Made by a program: the position numbers and the translations under genes. Positions 49,538-59,840 of a stretch of 64,000 nucleotides of DNA are shown one piece after another. Position 1 is the stretch's first letter; each line of letters begins with the position of its first letter. Source of the stretch: a virus (taxonomy: Duplodnaviria; Caudoviricetes); the IMG/VR virus record IMGVR_UViG_3300031555_004454, positions 3,916-67,915 of that record, one strand, 5' to 3'. The notes beneath the pieces were generated by a model. That model saw only the letters and a list, made by a program, of their open reading frames with translations, was not told the DNA's origin and ran no database searches.

Positions 49538-50827
49538 TTACTTAATGTGTGTGTATAAAACATCGGTCAATCCATACTTTTCATCAAATATAAACGACTT
49601 GCATTGCCTATGTGACCGATAACCCTGCTCTGTTGCCCATGCGGACTGAGCACTGATTGTAGGTAGTCGCTGTATTCTCATATTGTTTTTCTCGTAAAGA
49701 ACATTTTCGCTATGTAAATGCTGAAGAAACACTTCGGTCATATCTACGTTGCTCCAATACTCTCTTGCTTCATCGGGAATCAGTTCGGGAAGCCTCTTAA
49801 CGTCCGCATTGTGTGCAAATACCATAAGTGTTTTCCCGAAAACAACATATTTTCGGGGCAGGGGAGACGTATCTACATTAACTCTCTCGTCATTCTTATA
49901 CCAAGCATAACAATATTGAGCCAATGCGTATCCTACCGTCTTGTCGTGGTTGCCGTTTATCAGAATGACATCAACAGGTGCGATATTTGCAAGCATATCT
50001 ATCGCCATTATAGTCATCTCGAAAAGCTTTTCCATCATTTCAAAATAACCGCAAGCATTGTCTTGCGCCGTTCCCTTGGTTGTTGTTCCGCTCAAACTAT
50101 CAAAGTTTGACATATCTCCGCCTATGGTAAAGACGATTTTCTTAAACTTCATATGCTTGGTTCGTGATAATACGTTCTTGATTACATAGAAAAAAAGATT
50201 TTCAGCTGTATTACAATCATAATAATTGCCTGTTTCGAGCATACTTGACCTTAAAGCGTAGTGAAGGTCAGATATGGGAAGCAATAATAAACTGTCGCCA
50301 TCTTGAGTTTCTTTAACTACAGGAGTAGTAAGATTACTGTAACGTCTATCCAGCGAATCAAACCAATTTCTCAAATCGTCATCCAGAATCGTCAATTCCT
50401 TGGGCTTGACAGTTACCTTGCTCGAAAACAGAGTTTTTTCTCCGCTATTCCACTTGCTGTTCTTTGCCGAAACCAGCTCGAATCTGTGGGGGTCATAGTT
50501 ATGAAGTCTCAGTAAATACTCGGAATCTCTTAGAACAGACTCATCTTCTATATAAAATTGACGTTCACTTGTCTCGGTCTTGTCACGATTAAATGTGATC
50601 GTTTCCCTGCTTGATACGTCAGTTACAAAACCGCTGTTTTTCGGCTTGATTTCCCAGCCACCGTCAAGAAATTCATAGAAGAACTTAGAACCCTTCCTTA
50701 CAGAGTCACGAGCTTCGGTAATGCCGTATCTGGACCTTAAATCAACGACATCCTGCCATTCAATGTCCTCATTTTCACGCTTCTCGACAAGCATATTATA
50801 TAAATCAATATAATACTGTGAATCCAT
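49538..50827 (-). CDS. Calcineurin-like metallophosphoesterase
   Basis: SDLHY, GGDMSNFD, GNHD, HLH motifs. Confidence 0.8.
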   Translation of the reverse strand: MDSQYYIDLYNMLVEKRENEDIEWQDVVDLRSRYGITEARDSVRKGSKFFYEFLDGGWEIKPKNSGFVTDVSSRETITFNRDKTETSERQFYIEDESVLRDSEYLLRLHNYDPHRFELVSAKNSKWNSGEKTLFSSKVTVKPKELTILDDDLRNWFDSLDRRYSNLTTPVVKETQDGDSLLLLPISDLHYALRSSMLETGNYYDCNTAENLFFYVIKNVLSRTKHMKFKKIVFTIGGDMSNFDSLSGTTTKGTAQDNACGYFEMMEKLFEMTIMAIDMLANIAPVDVILINGNHDKTVGYALAQYCYAWYKNDERVNVDTSPLPRKYVVFGKTLMVFAHNADVKRLPELIPDEAREYWSNVDMTEVFLQHLHSENVLYEKNNMRIQRLPTISAQSAWATEQGYRSHRQCKSFIFDEKYGLTDVLYTHIK

Positions 50828-50828
50828 A

Positions 50829-51455
50829 TTAAATCACCTCGTCAAGAGGACAGTCCACTCCGATGATATAGTCAGTAAATCCAAGCTTTTTTGCTTCATC
50901 GGCAAAGGAATAAAATTCTACACGATAATTTTCATCATACTGTTCAGATGTAAGATTGCTATGAGAAATCACATAATCTTTGATTCTTGCCTCTTGCTTT
51001 TCCTGAAACAACAGACGGTCTTTGCATTTTGCCGTACTGTCCCAAATCATATTTTCACCATCGTGAAGCAGAAATGTTGCGTTAGGCATAGTATATCTCT
51101 TGTGTCCAGATAAACCAATCAGAAACCCCATTGAATACTGGTATGCAAGATTTACAGTATAGACAGGTGTTTTGCTGTTTACAATCGCATCAATTATGCC
51201 AAATCCGTCGCTGACTGAACCGCCGCAGGAAGTACAGTAAAGGATAATAGGCTTTCTTTCAGTTACATCAAGATTTTTATCTTCTCTGTTACATCTCAGA
51301 ATCTCATAAACGACCATTTCAGCCGCTTCGGAATCAATACCGCTGTTGAGGTAAATCTTTCTGTCAGAATGTGCGTCTATGTCAAACAAATCAGCGTAAT
51401 CGCAGTTTACATTGACATCAGCGTTTTTGAGTAAGTCTTTTGAAATCATATACAT
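50829..51455 (-). CDS. ClpP-family protease-like protein
   Basis: IYLNSGID, TSCGGSVSDGFGIID, YSMG (catalytic Ser), FLLHD (His), AKKLGFTDYI. Confidence 0.8.
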   Translation of the reverse strand: MYMISKDLLKNADVNVNCDYADLFDIDAHSDRKIYLNSGIDSEAAEMVVYEILRCNREDKNLDVTERKPIILYCTSCGGSVSDGFGIIDAIVNSKTPVYTVNLAYQYSMGFLIGLSGHKRYTMPNATFLLHDGENMIWDSTAKCKDRLLFQEKQEARIKDYVISHSNLTSEQYDENYRVEFYSFADEAKKLGFTDYIIGVDCPLDEVI

Positions 51456-51511
51456 TTTTCCTTTAAATCAAGTTACTGCCAATAGCAGCCCTGTAATCAG
51501 GTTACAGGATA

Positions 51512-51697
51512 TTAAATACGAGTGTTTCGACACTCACGCAAGAGTTTGATGTGCTCATCTGTTTCAGGGCAATAATATGTCTTTCCGCTGACCGTACTTC
51601 CTTTTGAGCCCTTCTTTCTCTTCGAGCATATTGTAATGTAGGGGTCAGAGAGTCTTGCTCTGATGTAATCTGCTTCGTTTTTTGATATCTGAAGCAT
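51512..51697 (-). CDS. Small hypothetical protein
   Basis: AAAGGA RBS, 61 aa. Confidence 0.5.
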   Translation of the reverse strand: MLQISKNEADYIRARLSDPYITICSKRKKGSKGSTVSGKTYYCPETDEHIKLLRECRNTRI

Positions 51698-51850
51698 TAT
51701 ATCCAGTCCTTTTCTTTAATAGTAAAGGGAACAATAGATAGCAATGACGCTGCTTCTACTATTCCCTTCCATATATATAAAATAAAATATATCTGTATTA
51801 TCCTTAGAAATCACGCATTATAGCCGTTTTAGCGTGTTCAGTTTTATTTT

Positions 51851-52618
51851 CTAATTTTCGGAATTTCTACGCCTATGCTTATCGTATAAGGATTTTTGAA
51901 CACTCTGAATTTTCAAACTGCATTCATCGCAATATTTTTTGCGATTGTTTTTTGCGAAGACCAGTCTGCCGCACTCAGCACATCTTATGTATTTTTTTGC
52001 ATCTATATAGTTCATATACTCCCTGCCAAGCTCCCGAAAATCAGCTATAACAATAGAGGTTTCTGACGTATCATCACCAAAAACTACCTGAATGTTCGTG
52101 TTGGTAATCTTTTTGCCGAAACGGATCATTCCGTAATCGTAAAGTTGATTGAGCATTATAGCCTGATTATAATTCGTCGTGGGAACGTTAGCAAGCTTAA
52201 AAATCTCTTTGTGCTGAAGGTTAACCCAATTGTTATTTTCAGGTTTTTTCTTGTTTTGATATTTTGCCAAGCATAACAAGGTAAAGGCAAGCCTCTCCAA
52301 TCCTATGGATTTCAATGCTCTTATCTTATTTATCTCGTTCTGGGTTACAGAAACCCCATCTATGCTTGTCAGAGGGTATTTCCCTGCGTTTTTTACCTTA
52401 TTATCTAAAGTATCTTTCCATAACACTGGATTGTATTCAGGAATAATTTTGACAAGATATTCTTCAAGCTTATTCCGTATTTCACCGCAATTTAATCCTA
52501 AACTGAAATAGTATTTAGACAGAAGTGTAAGAGATGTGGAAACCGAATCTACGATTTCGCACTTTCCAATAATTCTCTCAGCTTCAGCTTTTTCATTAAG
52601 TATCACCATCGTTATCAC
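51851..52618 (-). CDS. Hypothetical protein downstream of RNA polymerase, C-terminal zinc ribbon
   Basis: CAECG...YCDEC; overlaps RNAP stop. Confidence 0.65.
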   Translation of the reverse strand: MITMVILNEKAEAERIIGKCEIVDSVSTSLTLLSKYYFSLGLNCGEIRNKLEEYLVKIIPEYNPVLWKDTLDNKVKNAGKYPLTSIDGVSVTQNEINKIRALKSIGLERLAFTLLCLAKYQNKKKPENNNWVNLQHKEIFKLANVPTTNYNQAIMLNQLYDYGMIRFGKKITNTNIQVVFGDDTSETSIVIADFRELGREYMNYIDAKKYIRCAECGRLVFAKNNRKKYCDECSLKIQSVQKSLYDKHRRRNSEN

Positions 52619-55382
52619 CGACCTTCGTTTTTTTCACACTAAACTGCTCACCGCAGTACGTTACCGTACCATTGCTATCTTTGCATAAATATGTGATTTC
52701 ATTATTATTTCTTTTTAACAAATTGCTGATTATAGTATCAACACAGATTTCCCAAGCAAACTGTTTGGAATTAGAGCTTTTATAGCACAAATCGAGAACT
52801 ATATCGCATAACTCTTCAGCATTGGGGCATATTTTCACACATTCTCTTTTGAAATCTTCTGTGAGCATTGTATAATTGATATTAAGGTCATCTTTTTTGA
52901 TTCTGCACATAGAAGACCTTACTTTAAATTCCTGAGTCCTTTTCAAGTATGCTTGATATAGTTCACGGATTTTATAATAATCAGATTTGCTGTATTCGGC
53001 ACCGCTCTTCATTATAGTGTAGTCGAAATTACTACTCTGTTTGATGTCTTTGAAGTATCCGTCGAACTCACGTTCTATTCTGTGACATATTCTATTCATC
53101 GTGCAGCCGTTATCGCTTACAGGGTACATAACCCGATACCATCTTAAAAATTCTTCTTGTTCGGAATTTCTGTTCGGAAGATTCATAAGTTCGCTGACAG
53201 TCATATGATACAACATAAGACACTTCTTGTTTGCGTCTTTTATGTATTTTTTATATTCATACATCTGTTCAGGATAAATATAATTTGTAAAATACGGCTT
53301 TTTATCAGCGCAGATTGAAGCATTGAATGCTTTTTTCTTTAGTATTTCTTCTGAATCTCCATCTGACGGATTATTTTTAGACATTGTGTACCAATAATCA
53401 GGCATAGGTTTCGATATAATTCCCTTGGTTCGGTCTATACAATTCTGCTGGTAATGCTGCCCAGACATTATTCTATATTCCAGAGTCTTATATTCGTCAC
53501 TATTTCTATCAAACAATGGCAACAAATCATACATTGCAGTAATGTGATTTGTAGTTGTACCGATTTCGTCGCCAAAACTCTTCTGATTCGCTTCCGCAAG
53601 CAATTCTTCTGTTATTATTTTCTTTTCTGCATTTTTCTGAACACAAATTATCGCAGGTAATTTCCGTGTGTTCTCCAATAGAACCTTGTTGTCTGTAGTA
53701 AAAATTGCGTCTCCGTCCTTGTCAGCTCCGTTTTCTGCGTGACAAAATGTATCATGAGCATTAAGTATATTTACAGTACGCATGTACTTGTACCATTTGC
53801 GTATTTCAGGGTTATCTGCAATTTTCATTTTTTTCGTGTTATTTGAACAGGACATCGGGGCTCTGAAACATACCACTTCTGGAATGCTTAAATCAGCCCA
53901 ATACTCCGAATACATTTCTCCAGCCTTCAAAAGCCCCATTTTTTCATTTGGTACGTTAATTCTAAATGTCTTCTGACACAGCACTACAGGATCTCCCGAT
54001 ATGACAGCATAGTTTCCGTGAATCTTCAATACACCTATCTTAGCCTCGTTGATTGTTTTTTTCAGCATATAATTAAGGCGATTTATAACATAGTCATCAT
54101 TCATCATCTGCGGGTCAATCATTACTGCTTTGGCAAAATCATTTTCTACAGAACGGATATTATCTTCGGACATTCCCATTCCTTTGAGGAATAAAATCAT
54201 TTTATTCACATCGCCGTTGATAACTTCTTTAATTTCTGATATTGTAGGTTTAATTAGCTCTTCGATTTGCTCGTCATTTAGCTCATAACCCTGAATAAAC
54301 TGATAATTGAGATGCCTCTCGTTTTCAAGCTTATCAGGAAGAACCTTCGTTATAGCAAAGGTGTATTTATTGGCATCACACTTTGATAAATAATCATCTA
54401 AACTGTCATAAGAACTCCATAGTTTAAGCATAGATGTTGTAAGAATTATCTCGATATCACTTATGTTGTGAGGCTTGCCCCATACATCAAAGATAATTTT
54501 ATCACCGCTGTACTCCTCACAGAATGAATGAAAATCAAACGTAAATACCATACCTTTGAGAAAGGCGTTTCTGATACAACAGCCCGACATTATGTATTTT
54601 TCACCCATTTCCTGACTCCATCTGAGAGCCAGAGAGGGGCATATCAGTCCATATCCGTCGCTGTCTATTAACTCTATATCTTGTTCTTCGATGGTCATAA
54701 CAGGCTCATCTGTGGTTCTGTCGTCAAGGCTGATAACTTTTTCCCTGAAATGCGTTACTGCGTCATCTACAACAAGTATGCCCCTCGGCAAAGATACTGG
54801 AGCAGAAGAACTACACGCTAACGCTTTATATGCTTCGTATTTCGCAGGTACCATTTCAACGGTCGGATTTCTACCGTTCTCCAATCGCCTTGACAGTTCT
54901 TTGTGGATTTCCTTGCCGCTATGCGATAACTCGCTGGCATACACCACAGTGGATTTCTTAACTCCATTGGGCGTTCCGACAAGCCTGCGGTATTTGATAC
55001 CATTTACACAGAAGCCCTTGTTTATCTTTTTGAAATCCGAAGGCTTATCCATAATTACTGCAAGATAATCAGACTTAAATTGAATCTTATCAAGTTCTCC
55101 ATACAATGCCTTGATTTTTTTCTTTGTCTCAAGTGATTTTTTTTGCTTCTGGAGGGCTTTGATTTCTTTTCGTATCGTTCGTATCTTGGTTTCAGCCTCG
55201 CTGATATCTATTCCGTTTATCTCATCTATAAATCTGATAACCGCTCTATCGCCCAATGCTATGATTTCGTCATTCATGCGAGCCTCTTCAAGTGTACGGA
55301 TCAAGTGCCTGTGAGGAGCAGCAAGAATATCGCTGCTATGTAGTTTAAATATATATTTCTGGTATGTTTTTTGCTTCGACAA
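52596..55382 (-). CDS. YonO-like single-subunit (two-barrel) RNA polymerase
   Basis: 928 aa; catalytic ENGADKDGD (DxDGD), SDGYGLI, IRNAFLKGM, FRAPM motifs typical of the RdRP-like/YonO family. Confidence 0.85.
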   Translation of the reverse strand: MSKQKTYQKYIFKLHSSDILAAPHRHLIRTLEEARMNDEIIALGDRAVIRFIDEINGIDISEAETKIRTIRKEIKALQKQKKSLETKKKIKALYGELDKIQFKSDYLAVIMDKPSDFKKINKGFCVNGIKYRRLVGTPNGVKKSTVVYASELSHSGKEIHKELSRRLENGRNPTVEMVPAKYEAYKALACSSSAPVSLPRGILVVDDAVTHFREKVISLDDRTTDEPVMTIEEQDIELIDSDGYGLICPSLALRWSQEMGEKYIMSGCCIRNAFLKGMVFTFDFHSFCEEYSGDKIIFDVWGKPHNISDIEIILTTSMLKLWSSYDSLDDYLSKCDANKYTFAITKVLPDKLENERHLNYQFIQGYELNDEQIEELIKPTISEIKEVINGDVNKMILFLKGMGMSEDNIRSVENDFAKAVMIDPQMMNDDYVINRLNYMLKKTINEAKIGVLKIHGNYAVISGDPVVLCQKTFRINVPNEKMGLLKAGEMYSEYWADLSIPEVVCFRAPMSCSNNTKKMKIADNPEIRKWYKYMRTVNILNAHDTFCHAENGADKDGDAIFTTDNKVLLENTRKLPAIICVQKNAEKKIITEELLAEANQKSFGDEIGTTTNHITAMYDLLPLFDRNSDEYKTLEYRIMSGQHYQQNCIDRTKGIISKPMPDYWYTMSKNNPSDGDSEEILKKKAFNASICADKKPYFTNYIYPEQMYEYKKYIKDANKKCLMLYHMTVSELMNLPNRNSEQEEFLRWYRVMYPVSDNGCTMNRICHRIEREFDGYFKDIKQSSNFDYTIMKSGAEYSKSDYYKIRELYQAYLKRTQEFKVRSSMCRIKKDDLNINYTMLTEDFKRECVKICPNAEELCDIVLDLCYKSSNSKQFAWEICVDTIISNLLKRNNNEITYLCKDSNGTVTYCGEQFSVKKTKVGDNDGDT

Positions 55383-55392
55383 TAATAATCCC

Positions 55393-55560
55393 TCACTTCT
55401 TATGCTTTATTCTGCTAAAATACCTCTCATAATAATATCCGACCATATTGTCCTTCTTATTCTTTTGAGTGTTATTTATAACATATATCTTATATTTATC
55501 GCAGTCTGCGTGACATTTTTTATACCTGTCTGCGCAGTTCATACAAGGAGCATTAGTCAT
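55393..55560 (-). CDS. Small Cys-rich protein, 55 aa
   Basis: Manual translation MTNAPCMNCADRYKKCHADCDKY...; not in ORF track. Confidence 0.55.
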   Translation of the reverse strand: MTNAPCMNCADRYKKCHADCDKYKIYVINNTQKNKKDNMVGYYYERYFSRIKHKK

Positions 55561-55562
55561 TT

Positions 55563-56429
55563 TTATCTTCCTTCTGATTTCTTAGATTTGAATTCTCCGA
55601 GAACCTTTACTTGTTCCCACTTGTTTCCCGCATAGAACACGCAAGGATTGATATAACAGAATATTCCGTCGGCGTTATCTACAAAATTGAATACAGGAAT
55701 ATTATTTAATCTCAACGACTTAAGTTTAGTTTTTAATTTATGATCATTTTCTACGCTGTATCCGATAATTTCACAATACTCTCTTAACGTCATTGAATCA
55801 ATTTTATCTAAATTAGATTCGTAGGGATTGAAGCAGAGCATATTATACTGAATATTAACAAAAGGGATTGCCTGAAATACATATGATAATAATTTATGTT
55901 CTGATGGCTTTGCCTTTGTGTATAACTTTCTTATAGCAGAGCGATAAAGTCTTGTGGCGTTTGTATTTTCTTTGAATACATTCTTGCCTCTGGCAAATAT
56001 GTTGAAATTCAGAAAATAACTGCCATCATCTTTGGATACCAGAATACCTCTATCAATGATTTCTTTGAAAAAATCACTGAATTTACGGTCGCTCACATTG
56101 ATTGTCTGACGAATGCCTCTCTTGTCCATAGGGGCATTTTCGTTATCCACAATTACATTCTGATAATTCATATAGGTACTGAGGAATATTATCTTTGTAA
56201 GAATATCATCGGAAATATCCTCTAACAGGTTCTTGCCGACTGTATAGAACATAAAACTGAATTGCCCATATTTACGATAATTGTTCTCGATGTAATTTTT
56301 CTTCATAAGATATTTTTTTCTTCTGTCCTCTGCTTCTTTTTTGGCAATTGCATTTTCTTCAGTCTCAAAGTATCCATTACCATAATACTCGCCTGTACTG
56401 CTATTCATAGCATTTTCAATAAATTCCAT
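55563..56429 (-). CDS. Winged-helix/RepL-like DNA-binding protein
   Basis: IRQTINVSDRKFSDFFKEIIDRGIL HTH-like segment, YINPCVFY motif; start reassigned to ATG 56429 after GAGGAGG. Confidence 0.5.
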   Translation of the reverse strand: MEFIENAMNSSTGEYYGNGYFETEENAIAKKEAEDRRKKYLMKKNYIENNYRKYGQFSFMFYTVGKNLLEDISDDILTKIIFLSTYMNYQNVIVDNENAPMDKRGIRQTINVSDRKFSDFFKEIIDRGILVSKDDGSYFLNFNIFARGKNVFKENTNATRLYRSAIRKLYTKAKPSEHKLLSYVFQAIPFVNIQYNMLCFNPYESNLDKIDSMTLREYCEIIGYSVENDHKLKTKLKSLRLNNIPVFNFVDNADGIFCYINPCVFYAGNKWEQVKVLGEFKSKKSEGR

Positions 56430-56467
56430 TGTTTTGTCCTCCTCTTTTAAAATGAAACATCTGTGCG

Positions 56468-56516
56468 GCGTACTTTTATGCCGAAAAACCCCCAAAATAG
56501 CGTACTTTTATGCCGA
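56468..56516. repeat. 17-bp direct repeat x2 (GCGTACTTTTATGCCGA)
   Basis: Exact copies at 56468-56484 and 56500-56516. Confidence 0.85.
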
Positions 56517-56754
56517 TTTTTTTTCGCCGTTTTTGCTGATATTTCCTAACAAAACGGGGATTTTGGGGCGTTTTCCCTTCTTATTCTAATTGCCTCTCAC
56601 ATCGTAATCACCTCCCAAGCCACTATCCATTATCGACCTGTCCACATCGAATCGCATTGAAAAAATGCATATATATTCGTGAGCAGCTTGTCTGCGAACG
56701 ATAAGGGAATATTGCGTAAGCAATATGACCGCCCTTACACCAAGCAGAGTATCA

Positions 56755-57396
56755 TTATTCCTCTCCTAAATTCGCAAATAAACCATCAAGCCTTCTCGGT
56801 TTATATATCCTGTTATTGAGCTGCTCCTGTGCCTGATATATTTTATCTACATCACAGTTATTGTATATCTCATTGGCGGCTCTGATATTATCTTTTATAA
56901 TACGTCTCTTCTGCAATGCGTCTCTGAGCATCTTATAGGCGTTATATCCGTTAGGAGCATTAAGCTTACTGAACTCTATAAAATGCTCTATGTCAGTTAT
57001 TTCTTCGTTTATGCTTGACAATTCTCCCTGCAGTCTCGTAAGGCAACCCTTTCGCTGTGCTTTTAAATCAGATATGTCTTTCAGCATTGCTACAAAGTCC
57101 ACATTGCTTTCCTCGCAAATCGCATCAGTCATTTCTGCTGTCTTTTCAGCGACTGTCTTTTCTGAGTTTGTTTTTTCGACAGCAGTTACTTCGTCTTCGT
57201 TTGCAGCAGGTGTCACATCTTCCCTTACAGCCCACTTGGAGCTTATTTCATACATCTTGCGTGGAAGAGTTACCAAAGCATTTCCGGCTCTCTGTGCTGA
57301 AGCATATCTCCTCGCTTTCGATAAGTCCTCTGTTACATATACAGTGTTGTCAGGTCTTGTTGCTATGTACTTTGTTCCTGTGCCAATGTAATACAT
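56755..57396 (-). CDS. Hypothetical protein, 213 aa
   Basis: ORF with AAAGGA RBS; coiled-coil C-terminus. Confidence 0.6.
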   Translation of the reverse strand: MYYIGTGTKYIATRPDNTVYVTEDLSKARRYASAQRAGNALVTLPRKMYEISSKWAVREDVTPAANEDEVTAVEKTNSEKTVAEKTAEMTDAICEESNVDFVAMLKDISDLKAQRKGCLTRLQGELSSINEEITDIEHFIEFSKLNAPNGYNAYKMLRDALQKRRIIKDNIRAANEIYNNCDVDKIYQAQEQLNNRIYKPRRLDGLFANLGEE

Positions 57397-57420
57397 TTTT
57401 ATATTATCCTTTCCTATATG

Positions 57421-57702
57421 TTAGTGTACTATCTTCCAGAGCTTAGGTGTTCCATCTGAATTTAACAAAGCAGTGATATTTCCTGTGTTATTAGTATCAT
57501 AAGCTACCACATACATTACCATAGTGTCCTTGTCGTAAACTACATCACATTTAAGCAATGGGTCTGAGCATATATATACGAAAGGGGAGTAATATGTTTC
57601 ATTGACAATATCAGTATTAGGTTGTGCAAAGCTCTTTCCACAGGCTACGAGCAGCGATGCTCCCATCGCAAATGCGGCTATTACAGGTGAAAATTTCTTC
57701 AT
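57421..57702 (-). CDS. Putative lipoprotein
   Basis: Signal peptide with LLVAC lipobox. Confidence 0.6.
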   Translation of the reverse strand: MKKFSPVIAAFAMGASLLVACGKSFAQPNTDIVNETYYSPFVYICSDPLLKCDVVYDKDTMVMYVVAYDTNNTGNITALLNSDGTPKLWKIVH

Positions 57703-57705
57703 AAT

Positions 57706-58200
57706 TCATATCTCCTTTGCAGTGTATTTTTCGCTGAGAGCTTCATTTATCATAGAAGTATCTATACCTTCAGCAATCATATTTTTTACTTCGGCATATA
57801 TATCTGTAAGTGCCTTTTTGAATTTTGCTATTGTTTCGTCGCCACGCCATTCGGTTTTCGTATATCTCCTGCCCATTGATAAATCTCCGTTATGGCTGAT
57901 GTTGCAGTAATTCTCATATATTCCAAGCGGAACATACTGTCCTTCATTTCTACACTCATAATCAAGCCACGCAAGCACAGTTCCGTCAGATTCGATGTTT
58001 CCCCTTAAAAACTTACCATCTGTCATAATTATTTCTATATCGTCGTCAGAGGCTACCATTTCCTCTATTTCAACCACATTGCCTCTTGCCTTCGCATAAG
58101 CCTGTGCTTTCTCTTTTGAAAGGAAAACACGCTCAACGTGATAGTCGGAGTATTCTCCTACTGTTATCAGATAAACTTTATTCATTGATTCTACCTCCAT
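57706..58200 (-). CDS. Hypothetical protein
   Basis: KVYLITVGEYSDYHVERVFLSKEKA N-terminal motif common in phage accessory proteins; real start may be ~15 nt downstream. Confidence 0.55.
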   Translation of the reverse strand: MEVESMNKVYLITVGEYSDYHVERVFLSKEKAQAYAKARGNVVEIEEMVASDDDIEIIMTDGKFLRGNIESDGTVLAWLDYECRNEGQYVPLGIYENYCNISHNGDLSMGRRYTKTEWRGDETIAKFKKALTDIYAEVKNMIAEGIDTSMINEALSEKYTAKEI

Positions 58201-58358
58201 CAGTACGATTTATATTTTCGTGATTCTCCGCATTTGGTGCAGCGGTATGTTTTGACGTGGTAAGTATCTCCAAAGTCTGTTTCAACAACAGAATAGAATA
58301 TGCACTCCCATTCATGCTTGCAAAAGCAGCGGCGGAAATAATTTATTAGCCATTTCAT
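58200..58358 (-). CDS. Small zinc-binding protein, 52 aa
   Basis: Manual translation MKWLINYFRRCFCKHEW...YRCTKCGESRKY; not in ORF track. Confidence 0.55.
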   Translation of the reverse strand: MKWLINYFRRCFCKHEWECIFYSVVETDFGDTYHVKTYRCTKCGESRKYKSY

Positions 58359-58621
58359 ATTTGGTTCTCCTCACATATTTTCTTGCAGTCAAGCAACTTT
58401 CGATATTCCTCGTTAGAAATATATACTCCGTCTATCTTTTGCCCGAGAGTTAATCCAAGTGTTTCAAGCTGCTCTGTTGCGATGTCACGCTCCCAGCGAT
58501 ACTGTTCTATTACTCTTAAAGCACTTGATCCCATACACAACGCATCTCGATATTCTTGTGTTATTCCAATGTTTGTGTGATATATTTTTGATAAAAAATC
58601 CGAAGCTTCAATATAATCCAT
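58355..58621 (-). CDS. Hypothetical protein, 88 aa
   Basis: Overlapping start/stop with neighbours. Confidence 0.55.
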   Translation of the reverse strand: MDYIEASDFLSKIYHTNIGITQEYRDALCMGSSALRVIEQYRWERDIATEQLETLGLTLGQKIDGVYISNEEYRKLLDCKKICEENQI

Positions 58622-58623
58622 TT

Positions 58624-59409
58624 TTACGTCTCCTTTGCAAATGTTTCAGCAAAAGCCGTATAATTGCTATTGCCCTTGGGTATGGCGAAAATCACATTCT
58701 TATAACAGCCCTGAAATTCATTCAGCAGATATTCTCTGAATATACCCGCCACTTCATACGGGTCTTGTCCGAATACGCCACAGCCATATGCTCCAAGGAT
58801 AAAGGTTTCTGCGTTGTTTTCATAGGCGATTTCCAAAACAAATTTGATACGGCTTCTTAGAACATCTGTATTTGCTTTGTCTGATACATTCTGATATTTC
58901 TGAGCAGCCGACTTGTTTGGCGCCGCACAAGTTATAACATCACACGAAAATTCATTATTATCATAAGTGAATATAATGTCAGGGGAGTATAATGCCCGAT
59001 TCATATATAGGGCTTTGTTCTTATGTGTGTTGTTCCATTCGTAGAAATGATGTTTCTGTGTCAATACGTTATATAGGAAAGAACTATGGCACAAACACTC
59101 TTCCTGAGCTTTGCTCCCGTTCATAAACATTCCGCCGGGGTTTTTGTATGACGAGAAGTTAAGCAGGGCGGTTTTACCGTTCTTTTTCATATATGCGGCT
59201 TGTACGGTATCCATATCAACAACAGATATTACAGTAGAGTAAAGCTTTTCAGAAGGCTTTATACAAACAAAGCCTGTGGAATATAATACTGTGTTTTTTA
59301 CAGAACAGGATATTTCAGCAGGATATTTCTCGCTCATTTCCTGTGTATGCCTTCTTGCCTGTTCTGCACGTTCTGCCTTATTGTTCCAATATTCAGCTAT
59401 ATACGCCAT
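58624..59409 (-). CDS. Bacterial-type PARG macrodomain (TIGR02452-like) ADP-ribose glycohydrolase
   Basis: LNFSSYKNPGG...AQEECLC catalytic QEE loop, YSPDI, DVITCAAP, ILGAYGCGVF. Confidence 0.85.
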   Translation of the reverse strand: MAYIAEYWNNKAERAEQARRHTQEMSEKYPAEISCSVKNTVLYSTGFVCIKPSEKLYSTVISVVDMDTVQAAYMKKNGKTALLNFSSYKNPGGMFMNGSKAQEECLCHSSFLYNVLTQKHHFYEWNNTHKNKALYMNRALYSPDIIFTYDNNEFSCDVITCAAPNKSAAQKYQNVSDKANTDVLRSRIKFVLEIAYENNAETFILGAYGCGVFGQDPYEVAGIFREYLLNEFQGCYKNVIFAIPKGNSNYTAFAETFAKET

Positions 59410-59823
59410 TTAATTATTCTCCTTCTGTTGATGTTGTGGTTGCAAAACAGTCAAATTGTTTGCAGTTGTATCAGGTTTTATTATAATCTGCCCGTACTTG
59501 TCAGTGCTGACAGTACAATAGTTTATAACAGGTCTCGAACTCTCACGCAAAAGAGTCCATTTCTTTGTTGTGTCTATATCATAGACATATCCAGCTCCTG
59601 CAAATCCCACCAAGAAATTTCGACTGTCTGTTCCTTTATATATTTTTCGACCGTTGAACTCTGATAGCCTTGCTTCACAAAACTCGACTACTCGCTGGTC
59701 GAACATCAAGTCAAAATTATTTCGGTAATTTGGGTTAACATAACCTATGCTCTGACAAAACGCATCAAGTTCAGCAGGGGCTTCAAACCAAAATGAAAAT
59801 ATTATCGCCTTCATAATAAACAT
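59410..59823 (-). CDS. Hypothetical protein
   Basis: ORF in accessory gene run. Confidence 0.5.
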   Translation of the reverse strand: MFIMKAIIFSFWFEAPAELDAFCQSIGYVNPNYRNNFDLMFDQRVVEFCEARLSEFNGRKIYKGTDSRNFLVGFAGAGYVYDIDTTKKWTLLRESSRPVINYCTVSTDKYGQIIIKPDTTANNLTVLQPQHQQKENN

Positions 59824-59840
59824 TAGTCCTTTCTGCGTTT

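Noticed and set aside
51722-51770. Imperfect hairpin AAGGGAA...UUCCCUU upstream of the 61-aa gene as a riboswitch
   Set aside because: No recognisable aptamer core; may be a simple terminator or processing stem
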